The position numbers and the translations under genes were made by a program. Below are positions 8,320-17,235 of a stretch of DNA of 42,421 bases, in pieces. The notes beneath the pieces were generated by a model that did not search any database, was not told the origin of the DNA, and was given only the letters and a program-made list of their open reading frames with translations. Location of the stretch: the UHGV virus genome UHGV-0165032. One strand, written 5' to 3'. Position 1 is the first letter of the stretch. Every line of letters starts with the position of its first letter. Source of the stretch: a virus.

Positions 8320-8566
8320 AAACGATACTCCTCAATATGGTATGTTAGCGTTTAAAACAACAGAACCGCATGAAATAGGCTCATATGCAGGGAATGACAA
8401 AAGGTTTATGTTGTCAAATGCAGATACATTGATGGTGTTTTACAGGGTAGAGAGCATTGATGTCTGTATAGAAAGGCTTAATACACTTAAAGAAATGATG
8501 CTTGGAAGCACTGATGATGTTATGGAATTGGATGCGGTAGAAACCGAGGATGATTTTATCATCTAA
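8294..8566 (+). CDS. hypothetical protein
   Basis: ORF overlapping the end of the previous gene; start uncertain (8249 or 8294). Confidence 0.35.
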   Translation: MMTPVLRSENDTPQYGMLAFKTTEPHEIGSYAGNDKRFMLSNADTLMVFYRVESIDVCIERLNTLKEMMLGSTDDVMELDAVETEDDFII

Positions 8567-8582
8567 AACAGTGAAATTAACA

Positions 8583-8690
8583 TTTGGGCGGTGTATGGTA
8601 CACAGGGCCAGGTTCGACTCCTGGGCGGTCTACGGACTGTAACTGTGGGGAAAGTAAGAGGGTGCCGGTTCGACTCCGGCCGCCGCCAAC
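8583..8690 (+). other. two tRNA 3'-end-like fragments (..CCAGGTTCGACTCCTGGGCGGTC and ..GCCGGTTCGACTCCGGCCGCCGCCA) that do not fold into a complete tRNA
   Basis: T-arm (GGTTCGACTCC) plus acceptor-like 3' sequences with no matching 5' halves. They sit 450 bp upstream of the second tyrosine recombinase. Confidence 0.5.
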
Positions 8691-8723
8691 TTAGCATTTG
8701 CGATACGAAGGAGAGTGATATGC

Positions 8724-8966
8724 ATGTCGGCCAAAGCGGAGGCATTATATGACCTATATGACTGCGGGAGACTGGATGGGCGATACAGCACATCGGAATT
8801 AATGGTGATGTTAGGTATCCGGCATCGTACCATGATTCCCAACTATAGTGTCTCAGGAGTGCTATATCGTAAGCGCTACCTATTTGAAAGGGTGGATGAT
8901 GATCCAATAAGTAAGGCGTTGGCAGCGGAATGGGACAAGACAAGGAAACAGATATTGGAGCAATAA
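8724..8966 (+). CDS. hypothetical protein
   Basis: GAAGGAGAG SD 8 nt before ATG 8724. Confidence 0.45.
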   Translation: MSAKAEALYDLYDCGRLDGRYSTSELMVMLGIRHRTMIPNYSVSGVLYRKRYLFERVDDDPISKALAAEWDKTRKQILEQ

Positions 8967-8976
8967 TATAAGGCAA

Positions 8977-8995
8977 GCCGGGGGAATCCCCCGGC
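8977..8995. terminator. GC-rich hairpin gccggggg-aat-cccccggc (possible bidirectional terminator)
   Basis: 8-bp perfect stem with a 3-nt loop; a T-rich tract follows on the minus strand. Confidence 0.45.
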
Positions 8996-9142
8996 AAATA
9001 AAAACGAAAGCAGAGAACGTATGTGCGAAAATAACAAGCGATGGTCACCCGCCAAGATGATTCCACCGCTCCCGTAAATACGTCTGAGTATATTATACCT
9101 TACTCGGACGTGAAAATCAATACGAATGAGGAGGATATAATT

Positions 9143-10189
9143 ATGAGTACACAGACAATAAAAGCTGAAATCATCAACAATGTACTGGTAGCAATGTCCT
9201 TATATATCATGGAGCAGCAGACTCTTACCATTCTGCAAAATGTAATGCAGCAGGAATTGGTTAGGGTGAACATGGAAGAAATAACTACACTTCCAGTAGA
9301 AAGAAAAAATGATATAAGTCAACGGAATCAGTACATAATACAGTTATTCCTGATTAAAAAGCGTGATTTAGCAAGAGGAACCAAAGAAAACTATCTTAAT
9401 TCCATACGAAGATTGCTGACAGAGATAAGCACAAAATCACTGGACCAGATGGACACCACTGATATTGATTGGTATTTATCGCGATATGAAATCAGAAATG
9501 TGTCCAGTGGAGGAAAGAAAAACCAGCCTAGCACTTATAATAACGAGCGCCGTTTTTTGTCAGCATTCTTTACATGGATGCGCCTTGAGAAGCTTATTAC
9601 AGATAATCCGGTAGAGTCTATACCGGCTAAAAAAGTACCCATTAAACCAATTGATTACTACAGCCCGGAAGAATCTGCAAGATTAAGGGATGCGTGCAAA
9701 AATATCCGCGAGAGGGCCTTGCTAGAGGTACTTCGAAGTACTGGAGCCAGGATAGGGGAGATTGCAGAAATAACTCTGGACCAGATAGACATGAGAACCG
9801 GCGATATTTGGATACAGGGAGAGAAAGGCGGAAGATATCGGACTATCTATCTGGATGATGATGCGCGTCATTACTACGGACTGTATTTGGACAGCAGGAA
9901 AGATGATTGTCCATATATGTTCCCACGCTCCAGAAAACCGTATGGAAAGATGACTACTTGTGGATTTCGGGCGATATTGAAAACCATAAGGAAAAGAGCT
10001 GGACTCACATGTCGCGTATATCCGCATAAGTCACGAAAGACGCTGGGGATGAATCTGAAAAATCGAGGGGTTGATATTGGAACCATACAGGAAATTATGG
10101 GACATGCAGACCCAGGAGTTACGGCACGTTATTATGCACAGTCTAACCCGCGCACTCTTCGTTCAGTAAGAGAAAGAGTTAATGTGTAG
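9143..10189 (+). CDS. tyrosine site-specific recombinase (XerC/XerD-like phage integrase family), second copy in this genome
   Basis: Catalytic residues in order: R (ARIGE), K, HxxR (HKSRKT), H (GHAD) and Y (ARYY). SAM-like N-terminal domain. GAGGAGG SD before ATG 9143. Confidence 0.8.
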   Translation: MSTQTIKAEIINNVLVAMSLYIMEQQTLTILQNVMQQELVRVNMEEITTLPVERKNDISQRNQYIIQLFLIKKRDLARGTKENYLNSIRRLLTEISTKSLDQMDTTDIDWYLSRYEIRNVSSGGKKNQPSTYNNERRFLSAFFTWMRLEKLITDNPVESIPAKKVPIKPIDYYSPEESARLRDACKNIRERALLEVLRSTGARIGEIAEITLDQIDMRTGDIWIQGEKGGRYRTIYLDDDARHYYGLYLDSRKDDCPYMFPRSRKPYGKMTTCGFRAILKTIRKRAGLTCRVYPHKSRKTLGMNLKNRGVDIGTIQEIMGHADPGVTARYYAQSNPRTLRSVRERVNV

Positions 10190-10200
10190 GAAGGAGGGCT

Positions 10201-10503
10201 ATGAGGACCAGGTATAAGAACTATAGTGATTATGGAATTACGGAGGATGAAGCCAAACGCATAAAAGAATACTGCCAGACCGCCAGTGTAGAAGATAAGC
10301 TAACATTGTTCCAGTGCGCCATATCCTCGGCTCCTGGATTGGAGGTGGAGATATACGAAAGCCTTGTAAGTAATATCGGATATGACAAGCTGAGTAAGAT
10401 GAAGAATATACCAATTAAACGGGATGACTTTTACGGGTATCAAAGAAAAACGCTGGATGAATATAGGCGGTTGATGACATTGTTTGGGAGGTGGAAAGGA
10501 TGA
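10201..10503 (+). CDS. hypothetical protein
   Basis: GGAGGG SD; translationally coupled to the recombinase gene. Confidence 0.45.
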   Translation: MRTRYKNYSDYGITEDEAKRIKEYCQTASVEDKLTLFQCAISSAPGLEVEIYESLVSNIGYDKLSKMKNIPIKRDDFYGYQRKTLDEYRRLMTLFGRWKG

Positions 10504-10520
10504 TTAGTGTATATGCTTAA

Positions 10521-10536
10521 ATGTGGGGACGATTTA
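10521..10536 (+). promoter_or_regulatory. candidate late-promoter/activator motif aaatgtggggacgatt (copy 1), followed 16 nt later by ggtaaaat
   Basis: 16-nt identity with 20451..20466. Located about 65 nt upstream of the terminase small-subunit start. Confidence 0.4.
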
Positions 10537-10601
10537 CATTACATACGCATGGTAAAATTAGTATAGGACTATTATACCGTGTGAAGCACAAAGAATAAGA
10601 G

Positions 10602-11027
10602 GTGGTGAGTGTGGCTTCCAGGCTGACGGATAAGCAGAAAAAAGATATTATCGCTGATTATGTGGAGACTGGAAGTTATAATGCCACAGCAAAGAAATTT
10701 GGAGTGGCGCTGAACACAGTCAAAAAGATATGCACACAAAATGCAGATATTGCACAAAAATGCAAACAAAAAAAAGAACAGAACACAGCGGACATGTTAG
10801 CTTATATGGATTCCCGAAAAGAGCAGGCACAAGGGATAATAGATAAGTACCTTGAAAAGCTGGCAGACCCGGAAAAGCTGGAAAGTGCAACTATATCCCA
10901 AATTGCAACAGCGATGGGGATAGTAGTTGATAAATTTATGGATAATACAAAAAAAGGAGAAAATGCAGAAGGAGTCACCATTTTGAATGATATACCAAAG
11001 CCGGGAAAGGGGAATGGTGATGCATGA
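10602..11027 (+). CDS. terminase small subunit (HTH-containing)
   Basis: N-terminal HTH (LTDKQKKDIIADYVETGSYNATAKKFGVALNTVKK). It immediately precedes the large subunit and overlaps it. Confidence 0.65.
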   Translation: MVSVASRLTDKQKKDIIADYVETGSYNATAKKFGVALNTVKKICTQNADIAQKCKQKKEQNTADMLAYMDSRKEQAQGIIDKYLEKLADPEKLESATISQIATAMGIVVDKFMDNTKKGENAEGVTILNDIPKPGKGNGDA

Positions 11028-12277
11028 GTGACATAATAAATCTGACTGATGTAATCGCCCCTTCCTTTTATGACGTTCACTGGGATATCCTGGACGGAAA
11101 GCATACATATTATGACCTCTACGGCGGGCGCGGCTCCACGAAGTCCTCTTTCATGTCCGTGGAAATTATACTGGGGATGATGCAGGACGAAAAGGACGGA
11201 GTTTTCAGCAATTCGGCAGTATTTCGTAAGGTAGGAAACACCTTACGGGAATCTGTATTTGAACAAATTGCATGGGCGATTGATGCACTGGGGGCCAATG
11301 ACCTGTGGGCGTCCAGTGTTAGCCCCATGCAGTATGTGTATAAACCCACTGGCCAGAAAATCATCTTCCGAGGACTGGACAAGGCGAAGAAAACGAAATC
11401 TATCAAGACGAGCCGAGGATATTTTAAATACCTCTGGTTCGAGGAATTGGACGAGTTTGCCGGGATTGAGGAAATCAGAACAGTGCAGCAGTCCGTCCTT
11501 CGTGGCGGGAGTAAATTTGTGGTGTTCAAGTCCTTCAACCCTCCAATCAGCCGGAGCAACTGGGCGAATGTGTACGTCAACGAGCCAAGAGAGGACAGCT
11601 GCCGGCACAAGAGCGACTATACCACAGTGCCGGAGGAATGGCTGGGAGAACAGTTTATAGCAGACGCCGAACATCTGAAAGCCACCAATCCAAGGGCATA
11701 TGAACATGAATACATGGGCAATCCCGTTGGACTGGGAACGAATATTTTTGATATGTTGGATGTGCGTACAATAACAGACGAAGAAATCAGCCGCATGGAG
11801 CGTATCTATCAAGGGCAAGACTGGGGCTGGTATCCTGACCCGAAAGCCTTTATCCGGGCGGCGTACATCCATAGCACTGAAACAATCTATCTGTTGGACG
11901 AGTTGGGCGGCTGTAAAATCCGTAACAGCCAAATGGCAGAGGATATAAAGGAAAAGGGCTATGATGATTATGAAATCCGCTGCGGCGCTGATGAACAGGA
12001 AAGCATAGTTGACTTTAGGGATGCTGGACTTCCGGCCAGACAGGCCAATGTTGGGCCGGGTAGTGTGAAATATACCTTTGAATGGCTTCAGTGCCGGACA
12101 ATCGTTATAGACCCGGCCAGAACGCCGAGAGCATACAAGGAAATCATAGAGTATGAACATGAAGTAGACAGCAATGGGGAAGTGATTGCAGACTATCCAG
12201 ACCACAATAACCACTGGATTGACGCACTCCGCTATGCTACAAGCCCATTATCAATGAGAAGGGGAAACAGCGCATGA
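11024..12277 (+). CDS. terminase large subunit (PBSX/XtmB-like)
   Basis: Walker A YGGRGSTKS; 417 aa; a conserved nuclease half follows. Confidence 0.85.
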   Translation: MSDIINLTDVIAPSFYDVHWDILDGKHTYYDLYGGRGSTKSSFMSVEIILGMMQDEKDGVFSNSAVFRKVGNTLRESVFEQIAWAIDALGANDLWASSVSPMQYVYKPTGQKIIFRGLDKAKKTKSIKTSRGYFKYLWFEELDEFAGIEEIRTVQQSVLRGGSKFVVFKSFNPPISRSNWANVYVNEPREDSCRHKSDYTTVPEEWLGEQFIADAEHLKATNPRAYEHEYMGNPVGLGTNIFDMLDVRTITDEEISRMERIYQGQDWGWYPDPKAFIRAAYIHSTETIYLLDELGGCKIRNSQMAEDIKEKGYDDYEIRCGADEQESIVDFRDAGLPARQANVGPGSVKYTFEWLQCRTIVIDPARTPRAYKEIIEYEHEVDSNGEVIADYPDHNNHWIDALRYATSPLSMRRGNSA

Positions 12278-12495
12278 CAGAATATAGCAAAAAGCGAATA
12301 GGACAATTTCTAAAAAAGTATGTTGATATTTCCCCTGGTCATTCATACACAGAAGAATGCGTTATACGGCAAGGAATAAATGAACTAACATCAAACTGCG
12401 TCTATACACCTAAAGGATTGCAGAGACAGATATTAAAGGAACAATCGGTATTGTTGCCTTTAAGCTATATTGAAAATTGTGCAAAATACAGGTGA
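12274..12495 (+). CDS. hypothetical protein
   Basis: small ORF between terminase and portal. Confidence 0.4.
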   Translation: MTEYSKKRIGQFLKKYVDISPGHSYTEECVIRQGINELTSNCVYTPKGLQRQILKEQSVLLPLSYIENCAKYR

Positions 12496-12499
12496 GTAA

Positions 12500-13927
12500 A
12501 TGGGACTAATAAAATGGGCTAAAAAGGTGATAGGAATGATATTCAAGCGACAGGCAGAAGAAGATTTCAACGTTGAATCAGTGGTATCCCCGGAGATGGA
12601 AAGCAAGATTACAGAGTGCGCCAATATCTACCGGGGTACGCCATATTGGGTAAACGCTGATGATAACGTTAAGACAATCAACTTTGCAAAGGCTATATGC
12701 TCGGAGACGGCCCGCCTTGCTACCCTGGCAATTGGAATACAGATTGATGGGAGCGCGCGGGCGGCATGGCTCCAGGAGCAGATTGACAAGATATATTTCC
12801 AGATTCGTCACTGGGTAGAGTATGGTATGGCCTACGGCACAATCATCCTTAAGCCCAATGGAAAAGGACTGGACATATTTACACCGATGGACTTTATCAT
12901 TACAGATTGTGATAATGAGGGTATCTATGGAATCGTATTCAAGGATAGCTACAGTGAAAATGATAAGTATTATACCCGGTTTGAGTATCATCGGTTTGTT
13001 GAGGTAAAGGATGGGGAGAACACCTATTACCCATATTACATATCCAATAGAGCTTATGTGTCTCACTCTGCAAAAAGTGTGGGGGACCCGATAGCATTAA
13101 ACAGGACTAAGTGGTCTGACTTACTTCCAGAGACACCGCCTATACTCAAGGCTAACAATGATAAAATAGACGGCCCCATGTTTGGTGTACTCCGCACTCC
13201 ACAGGCTAACAATTTGGATATCTCATCACCTTTGGGATTGCCAATGTTTGCCGAGGCCATAGAAGAATTAAAGGACCTTGATGTGGCATATAGTCGGAAT
13301 GTGGGTGAAATATTTGACAGTGAGAAAATTATATTAATTGATGACCAATTAATGCTTGGTGATGGAAGAAATTTAAAACGCCCAGGAGTAAATAAAGTTA
13401 AATTACCCCATTATGTAAGAAATGTATTTGGAAATAGTAATGGAGAATTTTACCATGAGATTAATCCATCGTTAAATACTGATATAAGACTTACTGGAAT
13501 TAATAATCTTCTTTCATTTATTGGATTCAAGTGCGGATATTCCAATGGGTATTTTGTGCTTGATGAAAAAACAGGAATGGTCACAGCCACACAGGTAGAG
13601 GCTGACGACAGGAGAACCATACAGCTAATCAAGGATGTGCGCGACAAACTGGAAAGTTGTCTTGACGGGGCAATATATGCGCTCAATGTATATGCTGACC
13701 TGTACGGACTGGCACCAGCCGGAAACTACGAAATAACATATGATTTTGGGGACATTACATACAACCGTGAAGAGGACCGGGCAAGATGGTGGCAGTATGT
13801 TGTGCAGGGAAAGGTGCCGGCCTGGATGTATTTTAGAAAGTTTGAAGGATTATCTGAAGAAGATGCAAAAGCTATGGTAAAGGAAGCACAGCCGAAGGAT
13901 GGACCTAGGATGTTTGAGGAGGAATAA
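12500..13927 (+). CDS. portal protein
   Basis: 475 aa, position after the terminase, SPP1-portal-like features. Confidence 0.75.
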   Translation: MGLIKWAKKVIGMIFKRQAEEDFNVESVVSPEMESKITECANIYRGTPYWVNADDNVKTINFAKAICSETARLATLAIGIQIDGSARAAWLQEQIDKIYFQIRHWVEYGMAYGTIILKPNGKGLDIFTPMDFIITDCDNEGIYGIVFKDSYSENDKYYTRFEYHRFVEVKDGENTYYPYYISNRAYVSHSAKSVGDPIALNRTKWSDLLPETPPILKANNDKIDGPMFGVLRTPQANNLDISSPLGLPMFAEAIEELKDLDVAYSRNVGEIFDSEKIILIDDQLMLGDGRNLKRPGVNKVKLPHYVRNVFGNSNGEFYHEINPSLNTDIRLTGINNLLSFIGFKCGYSNGYFVLDEKTGMVTATQVEADDRRTIQLIKDVRDKLESCLDGAIYALNVYADLYGLAPAGNYEITYDFGDITYNREEDRARWWQYVVQGKVPAWMYFRKFEGLSEEDAKAMVKEAQPKDGPRMFEEE

Positions 13928-14033
13928 ATTGAGAAGCTTATTAATTTGGATAGTATTCAATATACCACTTGGTCCATTTGCCCCGAAAGTATTTGAATGG
14001 TCGATTAGACATAAGGGAAAGAAGGAAGAGTAA

Positions 14034-15251
14034 ATGTTAAGCCCTGATTACCTTGCAAGAATCGCAGAAGGAAGCGAAGAAATAGCCTCCCAGCTTCATA
14101 CATACATTATCCGTCAGATAATAGACCGCATGATGATACGCATAGGCCGCGGCGATGATTACCTGCTCACCTCCTCTGACCGATGGCGAATACAGATATT
14201 GCAGGATGCAGGATATCTGCTGGAGGACATAACGGCAGAGTTATCCAAAATCACTAATCGACAGGAAAAAGAAATCAAGGCCGCAATGGAAGAAGCTGGA
14301 GTCAAGGCCCTGGAATACGACCATAAAATATATGAGGCTGCTGGTTTGTCTCCAACACCGCTTACACAATCTCCGCAGCTTATTAGGCTAATGGAACGAA
14401 ACATGAATGCCACTATGGGGGAATGGGAAAACTATACCAGAACCACCGCAGAAGCCGCACAGAGGATTTTTATAAACGCATGTGATAATGCATACCACCT
14501 TGTATCTTCTGGGGCTGTATCGTACACACAGGCTGTCAAAGAGGCAGTTAATAATGTGGTATCTGGCGGAGTGATAGTACACTATCCTTCGGGCCATAAA
14601 GACACCATAGAAACTGCCACAGCGCGCGCAGTACGCACCGGAGTAGCCCAGGCCACGGGAGATATCTCTATTAAGCGTATGGAAGAAATGGATTGGGATA
14701 TCATACTGGTGTCGGCGCACATCGGGGCCAGAACCGGGGATGGAGGGCAGAATCCAGGAAATCATTTATGGTGGCAAGGGCAGTTTTACAGCAGGACTGG
14801 AAAGGATAAGCGCTTTCCTCCATTTTCCCAGACTGGATACGGAACAGGTGAAGGGTTATGTGGATGGAACTGCCGTCATTCCTTCGGAAGCGGTGATGGG
14901 GTAAACAATCCATACAAAGACATCCAAACCGCAGACAATTACAAGGTTGAGCAGCTGGAGAAGCGGCAGAGAACGCTTGAACGGCGCATCAGAAAGACCA
15001 AACGCGAAGTCATGGGGATGCAGGAGGCCGTGGATAAATGCAAGGACGAATCAGTTAAATTTGAAATGCAGTTAGACCTTGACCGCAAGTCGTATCTGTT
15101 ACAGTGGCAGAATAAGGCATATAACGAATTTTGTAAAGAAAACGACTTACGCACCCAGCAGGAACGGCTACAGATTGCCAGATGGAACCGGGAGCAGGCG
15201 GCAAAGGCTAGGGGCGCAGCAAAACGATATGAAAATGCGAAAGGAAAATAA
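14034..15251 (+). CDS. head morphogenesis protein, SPP1 gp7 / Mu F-like
   Basis: Conserved MuF-like core (VHYPSGHKDTIETATARAVRTGVAQATGDI...) with a C-terminal coiled coil. Confidence 0.75.
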   Translation: MLSPDYLARIAEGSEEIASQLHTYIIRQIIDRMMIRIGRGDDYLLTSSDRWRIQILQDAGYLLEDITAELSKITNRQEKEIKAAMEEAGVKALEYDHKIYEAAGLSPTPLTQSPQLIRLMERNMNATMGEWENYTRTTAEAAQRIFINACDNAYHLVSSGAVSYTQAVKEAVNNVVSGGVIVHYPSGHKDTIETATARAVRTGVAQATGDISIKRMEEMDWDIILVSAHIGARTGDGGQNPGNHLWWQGQFYSRTGKDKRFPPFSQTGYGTGEGLCGWNCRHSFGSGDGVNNPYKDIQTADNYKVEQLEKRQRTLERRIRKTKREVMGMQEAVDKCKDESVKFEMQLDLDRKSYLLQWQNKAYNEFCKENDLRTQQERLQIARWNREQAAKARGAAKRYENAKGK

Positions 15252-15252
15252 A

Positions 15253-15465
15253 ATGCAAGTTAAATTTTCTGATTTTGAAACAACACACTGCAATTATTGT
15301 GCAAACAATGGTACAGAAATGTGTACATGTTGTAGTTCTCCTAATGGTTATATTGGTATACCGAGTTCTTATTATCCATCTGTTGAGTGGGGGAATTCAT
15401 ACTTTCGGTTATTGGAAGAATACAGTAAACTCTTATATAATATGGGTTTTGAGGTAACAAGATAA
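15253..15465 (+). CDS. 70-aa Cys-rich protein (CNYCANNGTEMCTCC)
   Basis: ATG 15253, 2 nt after the MuF stop. Confidence 0.4.
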   Translation: MQVKFSDFETTHCNYCANNGTEMCTCCSSPNGYIGIPSSYYPSVEWGNSYFRLLEEYSKLLYNMGFEVTR

Positions 15466-15842
15466 TGAGTAGATGGAAACAATACAATCCAAATCCTAAA
15501 AATGCCCGCGTAGGGGACTGCCCCATCCGGGCTATAACCAAAGCCCTAGATAGCGACTGGGAAACGGTATTTGCCGGAGTGACTGTATGTGCGTGTGCTC
15601 TATCTGATATGCCATCAGCCAATCATGTGTGGGGTGCATACCTACGCCAGAATGGGTTTAAACGGTACATAGTGGATGACCACGGACAAGATGTATACAC
15701 GGTCGAGGACTTTTGCCAAGATAATCCTATGGGAACATACATTTTAGCAATTACAGGGCATGTGGTGTGTGTGCAGAACGGTTATTACTGGGACACATGG
15801 GACAGCGGGCAGGAAATACCAATATACTACTGGGAAAGGTGA
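15465..15842 (+). CDS. hypothetical protein with a papain-like Cys...His arrangement (GDCPIRAI ... ITGHVVCV ... WDTWD)
   Basis: Motif spacing fits a cysteine-peptidase-like fold; family not recognised. Confidence 0.3.
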   Translation: MSRWKQYNPNPKNARVGDCPIRAITKALDSDWETVFAGVTVCACALSDMPSANHVWGAYLRQNGFKRYIVDDHGQDVYTVEDFCQDNPMGTYILAITGHVVCVQNGYYWDTWDSGQEIPIYYWER

Positions 15843-15846
15843 TAAC

Positions 15847-16152
15847 ATGGACATAATGGAGTTTGGAAAAACGGTTTTGGCAATATTTGGAGCGATATCT
15901 GTTTTAGGTGGTGGGTTTGCTGTAATACATAAATGGATATCTCCTGCTATTAAAATGAATAAGCGTGTAGAGATATTAGAGGAACATGATAGACGAGATT
16001 ATGATGTCATGAAGAAGTATGCCGAAAGAGATTCGCTAATTCTTGAAGTACTGCTAACGATGCTTGATAGCCAAATTGCGGGGCCTGGAAGCAACCTTGA
16101 ACAGTTAAAAAAAACGAGAGAAAAACTTATTTTGTATCTTGCGCAGAAATAA
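15847..16152 (+). CDS. small membrane protein with an N-terminal TM (TVLAIFGAISVLGGGFAVI)
   Basis: hydrophobic N-terminus; ATG 15847. Confidence 0.45.
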   Translation: MDIMEFGKTVLAIFGAISVLGGGFAVIHKWISPAIKMNKRVEILEEHDRRDYDVMKKYAERDSLILEVLLTMLDSQIAGPGSNLEQLKKTREKLILYLAQK

Positions 16153-16160
16153 TAAGAGGT

Positions 16161-16367
16161 GTGTTTTTGAAAGTATATGACTTTACGGTGCCAGAGTTAA
16201 ACTATTTCCGTACATACTGCAATTTCACAAATGATGAGCGGCAGCTATTTGAATTACGTGCACAGAACATGCCACTGGAACAATGTGCAGAACAAATGAA
16301 TGTCAGTGTGTCTACAGCAAAGAGATTGAGCCGAAAAGTCAACAATAAAATAATTAGAGTATGCTGA
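16161..16367 (+). CDS. small sigma-70 region-4-like / ArpU-type HTH regulator, candidate late-gene activator
   Basis: LEQCAEQMNVSVSTAKRLSRKVNNKI is an HTH of the sigma region 4 / LuxR type. The start is probably TTG 16167. Confidence 0.45.
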   Translation: MFLKVYDFTVPELNYFRTYCNFTNDERQLFELRAQNMPLEQCAEQMNVSVSTAKRLSRKVNNKIIRVC

Positions 16368-16393
16368 TACTTGCATGATACTTTTATAAGTCT

Positions 16394-16408
16394 TTGACGA
16401 CCTGTCAA
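16394..16408. promoter_or_regulatory. perfect palindrome TTGAC-gacct-GTCAA followed by a T-run
   Basis: Inverted repeat downstream of the regulator gene; operator or weak terminator. Confidence 0.3.
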
Positions 16409-16459
16409 GGGCTTATTTTTTATGGGATAATTGGATTATAAAAGAACGGAGGGGATATA

Positions 16460-16930
16460 ATGCCGCAACCATTTATCAATCCAAACTATCTGAATACATA
16501 TCCAAACGCATACCCATATCAACCACAGATACAACCACCTATGGACCGATTGCAGCAGCTACAAGCACCATACCAGATGCCGCAACAGACGCAGGTACCA
16601 CAGGTCCCGCAGACCAACCAGGGAATATTATGGGTGCAGGGTGAGGCCGGGGCAAAGTCATATTTAGTAGCACCCAGCACTTCCATATTACTGATGGATA
16701 GTGAAAATGAGTATTTTTATATTAAGACAACCGATGCGGCAGGAATGCCAACACTTCGCACTTTTGAATATAAAGAGATTGTCAATGGGCAGAAGAAGGA
16801 ATCTGCACCGGCTGAAAATCTGGATGAAAAATATGTTACCAGAAACGAATATCAGGATTTAAAGGCAAAATATGATGAATTATACGGCCTTTTAGATTCC
16901 AGCACAGCACCAAGCGGAAAGGGGAAATAA
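16460..16930 (+). CDS. Pro/Gln-rich protein with a globular C-terminal domain
   Basis: GGAGGGG SD; N-terminus NPNYLNTYPNAYPYQPQIQPP. Confidence 0.5.
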   Translation: MPQPFINPNYLNTYPNAYPYQPQIQPPMDRLQQLQAPYQMPQQTQVPQVPQTNQGILWVQGEAGAKSYLVAPSTSILLMDSENEYFYIKTTDAAGMPTLRTFEYKEIVNGQKKESAPAENLDEKYVTRNEYQDLKAKYDELYGLLDSSTAPSGKGK

Positions 16931-16933
16931 TAT

Positions 16934-17182
16934 ATGAATCCATTATTTAGTATGTTGGGCGGCGGCTCGCCAATGGGTGGCATGATGCCTGGAATGGGTG
17001 GGGGAAACAACCCAATGCAGATGATTCAGAAGTTTATGGAATTTAAGAACAACTTCAAGGGGAATCCCCAGGAAGAAGTGCAGAAGATGCTCCAGTCTGG
17101 TCAGATAACTCAGCAACAGTTAGACCAAGCCCAGCAGATGGCACAACAGTTTCAGCAGATGCTTGGAGGCATGAAAAAATAG
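16934..17182 (+). CDS. Gly/Met/Gln-rich low-complexity protein
   Basis: GGGSPMGGMMPGMGGGNNPMQM...QQQLDQAQQMAQQFQQ. Confidence 0.45.
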   Translation: MNPLFSMLGGGSPMGGMMPGMGGGNNPMQMIQKFMEFKNNFKGNPQEEVQKMLQSGQITQQQLDQAQQMAQQFQQMLGGMKK

Positions 17183-17235
17183 TACATAAATCAATGCGCA
17201 TGATTTTGTAAATAAATTTAAAGGAGTAAATATTT

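Noticed and set aside
8583-8690. Two tRNA-like stretches considered as functional tRNA genes, or as one tRNA with an intron
   Set aside because: Neither has a 5' acceptor or D-arm that pairs with the 3' halves. They are better explained as att-site or tRNA-remnant sequences.
11243-12214. 323-aa minus-strand ORF fully antisense to the terminase large-subunit gene; similar long antisense ORFs at 12578..13066, 28817..29236, 29258..29734, 4050..4499 and 8563..9066
   Set aside because: They lie entirely within well-supported plus-strand genes. They have no SD, and their products are biased, low-complexity and Cys/Ser/Pro-rich. These are typical shadow ORFs of GC-moderate coding DNA.
14034-15251. 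Mu-like transposable phage, suggested by the MuF-like protein
   Set aside because: MuF-like or SPP1 gp7-like head morphogenesis proteins are widespread in siphoviruses. There is no transposase or MuB-like gene, and integration is clearly by tyrosine integrase at a tRNA-type attP.
16394-16408. TTGAC-N5-GTCAA palindrome considered as an intrinsic terminator
   Set aside because: The stem is only 5 bp. It is more likely an operator. It is retained as a low-confidence regulatory feature, not a terminator.
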